In this document: positions 58,043 to 64,000 of the stretch, in pieces
Layout: each line of letters begins with the position of its first letter
Position numbering within the stretch: the first letter of the stretch is position 1
Origin: a virus
Strand: one strand, 5' to 3'
Length of the DNA stretch: 64,000 nt
IMG/VR virus record: IMGVR_UViG_3300045988_080648
Notes under the pieces: model-generated
Told to the model about the DNA's origin: nothing
What the model saw: the letters and a program-made list of their open reading frames with translations, nothing else
The model's database searches: none
Program-made: the position numbers and the translations under genes

Positions 58043-58898
58043 AAATAATCTTGTCGTAGTAAAACGATGTTAATTGCTTGGAACTCCTAAAGATTTAATT
58101 ACTAAATTATTGAAATAATAAACTAGTAAAAATATTAAATATGATTTTACCTCAGTTAAAAGAAATGGACAATAAGCAGCTTTATAATTTTACAAGAGAA
58201 CAAACTCAAGTATTTTTAACAGGATTGCTAGGTGATGGATGTATATCCACTACAAATAGTGGTAGTTATATTTATACCACAAATTGTAAACATCTTGAAT
58301 ATTTAGAATTTAAAAAGAAATTATTAGGTAAAGGAAATATTAAACTTCAAAAAAGAAATGGCTATCCTATATATACTATGTATGGAGGAGCTTACCCAGA
58401 ATTATATGAGTTTAAAGAATTTACTGTTCAAGATGTTATTGAAAACTTAGATTTACTTGGGTTAGCATTATGGTTTTATGATGATGGCAGCCTTCATAAA
58501 AGAGATTTATATTATAATTTAAATACTCAAAAGTTCCCAAAATATATACAAGAAGGAATTTTTATTCCATGGTTTAATTCCTTAGGCATTAAAGCTAATT
58601 TAAGACATGATACAAAAAGAGGAAAAGAATTGTATTATTTAGGAATTAATAAATATGAAGGAGCTAATATTATTAGTGAAATACTATCACGTTATCCATT
58701 AGATTGTTACTCTTATAAATTATGGAGTTCAGAGACTATCCTTAAATGGAGTAAGCTGCAAGAGCAGGTGAAAAGCATCGATGAAAATCTTACTAATAGG
58801 CAGTTAGCTTATAAGTGGAGATTTTTATAAGATATAGTCCGAACCTATATGAAAGTATAGGAGAATATATGGAATCGATATATTCGTAACAATATATG
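58043..58898 (+). mobile_element. group I-type intron 3 in polA (about 856 nt) carrying a LAGLIDADG endonuclease gene. The 5' exon ends in T and the intron ends in the G of ATG (58898).
   Basis: Splicing yields ...VLITITPYDEINCEVPIEIAEKV..., which aligns to motif C LLQVHDELVLEVP with Tyr in place of His. It contains the ATAGTCCGAACCTATATGAAAGTATAGG block. Confidence 0.5.
58141..58830 (+). CDS. intron-encoded LAGLIDADG homing endonuclease (motifs LTGLLGDGCIS and LWFYDDGSL)
   Basis: ORF track. Confidence 0.65.
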   Translation: MILPQLKEMDNKQLYNFTREQTQVFLTGLLGDGCISTTNSGSYIYTTNCKHLEYLEFKKKLLGKGNIKLQKRNGYPIYTMYGGAYPELYEFKEFTVQDVIENLDLLGLALWFYDDGSLHKRDLYYNLNTQKFPKYIQEGIFIPWFNSLGIKANLRHDTKRGKELYYLGINKYEGANIISEILSRYPLDCYSYKLWSSETILKWSKLQEQVKSIDENLTNRQLAYKWRFL

Positions 58899-59060
58899 GA
58901 GATTAATTGCGAAGTACCTATAGAAATAGCTGAAAAAGTGGCTACTAGACTTCATGCTATTATGGTTAGAGCAGGAGAAATATTTTGTACTAGATGTAAG
59001 TTGGATGCAGATATTTCTAGATGTAAAGATGGAACATTACCTAATTATTGGATTCATTAA
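58899..59060 (+). CDS. polA: polA exon 4 (EINCEVPIEIAEKVATRLHAIMVRAGEIFCTRCKLDADISRCKDGTLPNYWIH; C-terminal pol-A tail)
   Basis: Hand translation. It aligns to the family-A polymerase C-terminus (EVP...VPL.VD...G.NW..H). Confidence 0.5.
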   Translation, partial: EINCEVPIEIAEKVATRLHAIMVRAGEIFCTRCKLDADISRCKDGTLPNYWIH

Positions 59061-59061
59061 A

Positions 59062-59295
59062 ATGGAAATAACTTACATTTGTAACGACTATTCACTATAT
59101 ATCGACGGCAAAGAATTCGTTGATATAGATTACGACAAACAGAAAGAAATTTGTCATAAATTAGTAGATAAAGTTTCCGAAGGAATTTTACAAAGATTTA
59201 TAGAAGTTGCTTGCATTGGAATGGGCGAGTATGAACAAGTAGATTATTGTGAAACTCATGGAGATTTTGTTGATAAATACGTAATAAATATATGA
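59062..59295 (+). CDS. hypothetical protein (77 aa, MEITYICNDYSLYIDGKEF...). The track's ORF 58954-59295 is this gene with a spurious 5' extension in the polA exon 4 region.
   Basis: TAAAATGG junction after the polA stop. Confidence 0.45.
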   Translation: MEITYICNDYSLYIDGKEFVDIDYDKQKEICHKLVDKVSEGILQRFIEVACIGMGEYEQVDYCETHGDFVDKYVINI

Positions 59296-59437
59296 TTTTT
59301 ATTATAACTAATAAAGATGGTTCTAGAACTCAGTATTCTAACCATTATGACGAAGATGACGAAATGGAAGTAGATGCTGCATGGGATGATGTATATGCAA
59401 AATTCCCTGAAGCTGATTATATTGAGCGATTTTAATT

Positions 59438-59656
59438 ATGGCTAGTAATTCACCAACGTTAATGCAATCTGAAGAGAGATTTTTAGATAATCTTAACACA
59501 GATATTCCTTTGAAAGAAGAAGATTATACAATATGTTTTTGTATAAGTAAACAAATTTCTACAACTAATATTGAAGATGTTTGTAAATCTTTGCAAAATC
59601 GTTTTTTAAGTGAAGGATGGAGCATTGATGATTTTGATTCAGAAAAGAATGAGTAA
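59438..59656 (+). CDS. hypothetical protein (72 aa)
   Basis: ORF track. Confidence 0.4.
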   Translation: MASNSPTLMQSEERFLDNLNTDIPLKEEDYTICFCISKQISTTNIEDVCKSLQNRFLSEGWSIDDFDSEKNE

Positions 59657-60083
59657 ATTAATTATAACAAGGGGTATACCTTCATCGGGTAAAACCTTTT
59701 GGGCTAAGCAATGGGTTCTTGAAGACCCTGAACATAGAGTTAGAATTAATCAAGATGATATTCGACTTATGCTTGGTAAATATTGGGTTCCAAGTAGAGA
59801 GAAATTAGTACAAGAAATACAATTCGATGCAATGATTGAAGCATTAAATAGAGAATTTGATGTAGTTATTGATAATACTAATTTAAATAAAAAAGTCTTA
59901 GAAGGATTTGACCGTTTAATTAAAACTTTTGAAGATTGCGAAATAGAATATAAAGATTTTTTCGACACTCCTTTATCTGTATGTATCGAACGTGATAAAA
60001 ATAGAGATTTGCAGGTTACAGAGAAAGTTATTAGAAATTTTTATAACAATTATAAAGATATATATCCTTTAAATGGTAGATAA
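59649..60083 (+). CDS. polynucleotide 5'-kinase, P-loop kinase domain only (Walker A ITRGIPSSGKT; similar to the T4 Pnk N-terminal domain). Likely start MSKLIITRG...
   Basis: ORF track 59610-60083. P-loop plus downstream RINQDDIR pattern typical of Pnk/adenylate-kinase-like folds. Confidence 0.55.
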   Translation: MSKLIITRGIPSSGKTFWAKQWVLEDPEHRVRINQDDIRLMLGKYWVPSREKLVQEIQFDAMIEALNREFDVVIDNTNLNKKVLEGFDRLIKTFEDCEIEYKDFFDTPLSVCIERDKNRDLQVTEKVIRNFYNNYKDIYPLNGR

Positions 60084-60681
60084 TTTTAATATATTTACTC
60101 CTTGGTTTGATAATCTCTCAGACCAAGGAGATTTTTACTTTGTACAAGTAATACAAAGAAAAAAAGAATGTAATATAGGTAGTAATAATAATGTAATTAA
60201 AGATTATCATTTCTTTGATAAGAAATCTTTTTTAAATAAAAAAGAAGAAATAGTTACATTATGTAAAACTTTTAATGCTCGGGCATATTTTTGGGTAAAT
60301 CCCAGAAATTGTAAACAAGTACAATACGAGATAATTAGAGAAGCTCTAGAAGCTATAGAATGTAATTCTAAGAAGTTATTTAAATGTGTCTCTAAAGCAA
60401 TAGGTCAAAGAAGAAATACTAATTATAAATCTAAATGGGTATTAGATTTTGATACTAAAGATTGGAGTCTTATAAATAAATATTTAGATTTAGTTAGGAA
60501 ATGTAGACCTAATGTAAATAAAATATTATACTATGTTCCTACAGTAAATGGCATTCATGTAATTACTCTAGGATTTGATTTAGGGCAATTTAAGCAAAAG
60601 GTAGCTATAGCTAAATTAGATAATATAGATATACACAAAGATAATCCATCAGTACTTTATTATGATGCTTTTAATAATTGA
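60073..60681 (+). CDS. hypothetical protein (202 aa)
   Basis: ORF track. Confidence 0.5.
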   Translation: MVDNFNIFTPWFDNLSDQGDFYFVQVIQRKKECNIGSNNNVIKDYHFFDKKSFLNKKEEIVTLCKTFNARAYFWVNPRNCKQVQYEIIREALEAIECNSKKLFKCVSKAIGQRRNTNYKSKWVLDFDTKDWSLINKYLDLVRKCRPNVNKILYYVPTVNGIHVITLGFDLGQFKQKVAIAKLDNIDIHKDNPSVLYYDAFNN

Positions 60682-60857
60682 TATAATTATTGTAATTATC
60701 TATGGCATAGCTTTAATAGCTATGCTAATTACAAAAGCTTCTTCAGATGAAATTATAGCAACTACTGCAATATATTGTATAGCAGCTACTATAGTGAATG
60801 GAATAATACATCTATATCCTTAGATAAATTGTTTTTATAATTTTAATAATATTTGTT

Positions 60858-61064
60858 ATGTTTTTTAATAAAACTTTTACTGACGAACTTTCTAGTATTA
60901 AATCTACTCACGATAAAACTACTTCCCTTATAGAGAGAATGAATACTAAAATCACATCTAAAGAAAGTTCTATTAAAGAATTACAGAATGAAATTAAGGA
61001 TATTGAAAATATTAAAGCTCAAGCAGATAATTTCGTAGTTAATCTTAAAAATATTCTTGCTTAA
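60858..61064 (+). CDS. hypothetical coiled-coil protein (68 aa)
   Basis: ORF track. Confidence 0.4.
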   Translation: MFFNKTFTDELSSIKSTHDKTTSLIERMNTKITSKESSIKELQNEIKDIENIKAQADNFVVNLKNILA

Positions 61065-61429
61065 TGTATAAAATAAAAGAAACTTTTGAGTATCTTGTAA
61101 ACGATCCAAATAACTTTTGCTCAGTACATGATGCCTTAGAAATGGATACAAGTATACCTTGCCCTTGTTGGGAGGGAAGTAAAGTTCCTGTAAATGAAAA
61201 AGGAGAAGTAGAGTATATTCCGTGGGGTAATAGTAAAGTATCTATTACTGATATAGATAATACTGTAAAAATTGATAAGGACACTCTTTTAAAGCTAATT
61301 AGAAACTCTGAAAAATTATTAACATTAGAAGAGAATGGAGTGGATAATTGGATAAATTATGGTGAAGCCATGCAATATTTAGATGATTCATCTGATGAAG
61401 TATTACTTAAACAATATTTAGATGATTAA
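61064..61429 (+). CDS. hypothetical protein (121 aa)
   Basis: ORF track. Confidence 0.45.
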   Translation: MYKIKETFEYLVNDPNNFCSVHDALEMDTSIPCPCWEGSKVPVNEKGEVEYIPWGNSKVSITDIDNTVKIDKDTLLKLIRNSEKLLTLEENGVDNWINYGEAMQYLDDSSDEVLLKQYLDD

Positions 61430-62306
61430 TTTTGAAAATAAAAAAGTACTGTTCATTGATTTAGACGGTACTTTAATTAAGACTATTTCAGGTAAAACAT
61501 TTCCTGAAGACATTACTGATTTTAGAGTACAACTTCCTGTATTGGATAAAATTAAAGAGAAGATGCCTAATCTTAGGCATTTCTATATAGTATCTAATCA
61601 AGGTGGTATAGGTAAATTTATATCTGAGGCGGATTTTAAGACTAAAATAGGAGCCATTAGTGATTTATGTTTTTACTATTTAAATAAACGTAAATTACTT
61701 ATGTATTATGATTATATATATTGTGCTTCTAATGATAAGAATGACCCTAATAGAAAGCCTAATACTGGAATGCTAGAGAAGTTATGTTATGATCATAATC
61801 TTTCTTACAATAAACAAGAAATGATTATGATAGGAGATGCTTCTGGTAAACCTGGAGATTTTTCAGATTCAGATAAAAAATGTGCTGAGAATTTTGGCAT
61901 AGATTATATTGACGTTAGAGACTTTTTAAAAATGAAATTAAGACTAGACGAATATTATTATATACTTAATGAAAATTATGGATTGGAAGAAATAGAAGAC
62001 TATATGCCTGAGGATATGGCAGACAAATATTTAGAATTTTGTAAATCCCATAACTCAGATGAAGTAGATGATTATTTAAAAAGATTATATTCGTATATAG
62101 AGGTAGTAAACCTTGAATATACTATTCTTGATATTGACTTAGAAAAAGGTTATGCTGAATATAAGGCGATTATAAAAGTTAATAATAAGTATTATTCTTT
62201 TGATTATTATCAAAGTCCATATTGGGGTTTTAAAGACAGAGTAGATGAAGATATAGATTTAACAGAAATATTTCCAAAAGAGATAACTACAGTTATATAT
62301 GTATAA
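61422..62306 (+). CDS. HAD-superfamily polynucleotide 3'-phosphatase-like protein (motif I FIDLDGTLI, motif II SNQ, motif III-IV GDASGKPGDFSDSD) with a C-terminal extension
   Basis: ORF track. HAD motifs in the order typical of the Pnk phosphatase domain. Confidence 0.55.
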   Translation: MINFENKKVLFIDLDGTLIKTISGKTFPEDITDFRVQLPVLDKIKEKMPNLRHFYIVSNQGGIGKFISEADFKTKIGAISDLCFYYLNKRKLLMYYDYIYCASNDKNDPNRKPNTGMLEKLCYDHNLSYNKQEMIMIGDASGKPGDFSDSDKKCAENFGIDYIDVRDFLKMKLRLDEYYYILNENYGLEEIEDYMPEDMADKYLEFCKSHNSDEVDDYLKRLYSYIEVVNLEYTILDIDLEKGYAEYKAIIKVNNKYYSFDYYQSPYWGFKDRVDEDIDLTEIFPKEITTVIYV

Positions 62307-62320
62307 ATAATTAAGTAATA

Positions 62321-62436
62321 TGAAATTAATTAAACAGTCATTTGAATTTATTAATCAAACAGATTTCTCTTTAGTAGGAATCAAGAAGCATATTGAAAGA
62401 TGTGCACGAGTTATAGATAAAAAATATAATTATTAA
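62321..62436 (+). pseudogene. 38-codon duplicated and diverged copy of the thyX 5' end (MKLIKQSFEFINQTDFSLVGIKKHIERCARVIDKKYNY*)
   Basis: Hand translation. About 60% identical to the N-terminus of the ORF starting at 63062 (MKLIKQSFQFVNQKGFTLKDIYKHIEYCARISYKSQDKI). Confidence 0.5.
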
Positions 62437-62448
62437 ACTAAAACTAAG

Positions 62449-63076
62449 TTGAAGTATTGTTGTGTATGTAATAGTTCTAATAAGGTTTGTAATACCCCTA
62501 TAGGTCTATTATGTGGAAAACATTATATGCAATATCGAAGATATGGCAAGGTATTAAATAGAACTAAATATGATCCTAATGAAATTATATTAGAATCGGA
62601 TATGGCTAAAATAGTTCTATACAATAAAAATGGAGATAAAATTGCAGAAGCTTTAATAGATACTAAAGATATAGGAAAAATATCTTCAAACAAATGGTGT
62701 ATAGATAAAAATAACTATGTAAAAAATTCAAAACAAGAATATTTACATAGAGTTATTGGGAGCACCTAAAGATATGTGTGTAGACCATATTAATGGAAAT
62801 ACCCTAGATAACAGGAAAAATAATCTTAGAATTTGTACAAATAGAGAAAATATAAGTAATAGAACTAAATTAGGAACTAATAATACTTCAGGAATATTAG
62901 GAGTAAGGTTTGATAATAGAAGAAATAAATGGTATGCAGATATTCAGTATAAAGGTAAATGTATATTTCTTGGATATTTTAATATAAAGGAAGATGCTAT
63001 AAAAGCTAGAATAGATGCTGAGAAATTATATTTTAAGGAATTTAAATCAAAAATATTAAACAATGAAATTAATTAA
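62449..63076 (+). pseudogene. free-standing HNH-AP2 homing endonuclease gene split by a frameshift into two overlapping ORFs (62449-62769 and 62756-63076)
   Basis: The first ORF ends ...EYLHRVIGST. The second starts MGAPKDMCVDHINGNTLDNRKNNLRICTNRENISN (HNH) followed by an AP2 domain. The intact homolog at 38449 shows these are one protein. Confidence 0.55.
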
Positions 63077-64000
63077 ACAAAGTTTTCAATTTGTAAATCA
63101 GAAAGGATTCACTTTAAAAGATATTTATAAACATATTGAGTATTGTGCCCGTATTAGTTACAAAAGTCAAGATAAAATTACAGATACCTCTTATGAGAAG
63201 TTTGTAAATATGCTAGAATCTAGGGGGCATAATAGACCTCTTGAATTTGGTACTGTTTACCTTACATTACGTGGAGATGATAAAAATGCATTACGTAATA
63301 TTTTCACATATACAGAAAATCCTTGGACTAAAATACGTAAACAAGTTATTAAAGCAGAATATGATCCTAATACACGTGTTATATTGAATCATATTACCAC
63401 TAATTATAGGGTTATAGTAGAAAATCATTTAGAAGAAGATTTAAAGTATCTTTGTGAGCCTACTGAATATCATTATAAAAGATACACAATTCACATGATT
63501 CTCGATCGCGGAGTTATGGACGAGTTCAGAACTCATGTAGGATTGTCCCATTTAGCCGAAAGCACAAGATTCGTGAATTATTCTAAGGAAAAATTTGGTA
63601 GTGAGATTACTTTTATTAAGCCATGTTGGCTAGATGTACCAGAAGGAAAGTATAACCACTGTATTATGGTTAGCAAAAATTCTCCAGATATTAGAGTGGA
63701 ATGTGTAGGAAGTGATGAAATAGGTAAATACTATAATATAGAGGAAGAGGAAGGTTTATTTCTAAATAGTCTAGTTCAATCAGAACTAACTTATTTGAAT
63801 TTAATTAATAATAAAAAATGGACACCTCAGCAGGCTCGTTCTGTACTTCCTTTAGGTATTAAATCTGAACTTATCTCTTGCGGATTTGAAGATTCCTGGG
63901 AAAACTTTTTTTATCGTAGAGATGCTTCTGATGCACACCCAATGGCACAAGAAATAGCTAAACCAATGCATCAAAAATTTATTGAATTAACTGAAATGAA
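63062..64000 (+). CDS. thyX: flavin-dependent thymidylate synthase ThyX-like protein, 3' end truncated by the window edge (RTH....S...ES.RF region instead of a perfect RHR motif)
   Basis: Hand translation to the window end. Overall ThyX-like pattern and neighbourhood of nucleotide-metabolism genes. Confidence 0.45.

Noticed and set aside
1-64000. CRISPR arrays, integrases or transposases, attachment sites and rRNA genes
   Set aside because: No regularly spaced direct repeats and no recombinase-like ORFs were seen. The only long repeats are the intron core blocks and the paralog families.

Overview
This 64 kb window is AT-rich (roughly 30% GC by eye) and looks like a contiguous piece of a large virulent dsDNA phage genome. 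Every convincing gene is on the + strand; the minus-strand ORFs in the track are short, low-complexity and lie inside + strand genes. Genes are tightly packed with frequent ATGA/TAATG start-stop overlaps. Upstream regions are A/T-rich with almost no GGAGG-type Shine-Dalgarno sequences, which suggests a Bacteroidota-like host (inference only). TAA, TGA and TAG all act as stops.

Recognisable content:
- A nucleotide-metabolism and replication module: anaerobic ribonucleotide reductase NrdD with its activase NrdG, thioredoxin-like protein, dUTPase, ThyX-like thymidylate synthase, PRPP synthetase, 5'-deoxynucleotidase, RNase H, DnaB-like helicase, DnaG-like primase, SSB-like protein, an SF2 helicase, a Dda/RecD-like SF1 helicase, family-A DNA polymerase and an ATP-dependent ligase.
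- A split polynucleotide kinase/3'-phosphatase pair plus the ligase, which together read as an RNA/tRNA repair toolkit.
- A sigma-70 family factor, three metallophosphoesterases, a 3D-domain cell-wall hydrolase, a flotillin/SPFH protein, and a tRNA island holding at least four tRNAs plus degenerate tRNA-like elements.

The dominant unusual feature is the density of self-splicing group I-type introns and homing endonucleases. I reconstruct eight introns: one in the SF2 helicase, one in the Dda-like helicase, one in dut, two in nrdD and three in polA. They carry two HNH-AP2 and three LAGLIDADG endonuclease genes. There is also a free-standing GIY-YIG gene and a decaying HNH gene flanked by a duplicated thyX 5' end. 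The two helicase introns sit at the identical codon of the Walker-A motif.

Other points of interest:
- a tandem array of MCW-family paralogs at the 5' edge;
- two candidate structured ncRNAs with intrinsic terminators;
- a start-less ORF that may need recoding;
- a type-II-scaffold tRNA that appears to carry a GUU anticodon;
- codon-usage islands (the flotillin gene and the ORF at 31073-31753).

All coordinates derived by hand from the printed sequence carry a possible error of 1-3 nt. ORF-track coordinates are used verbatim where available.
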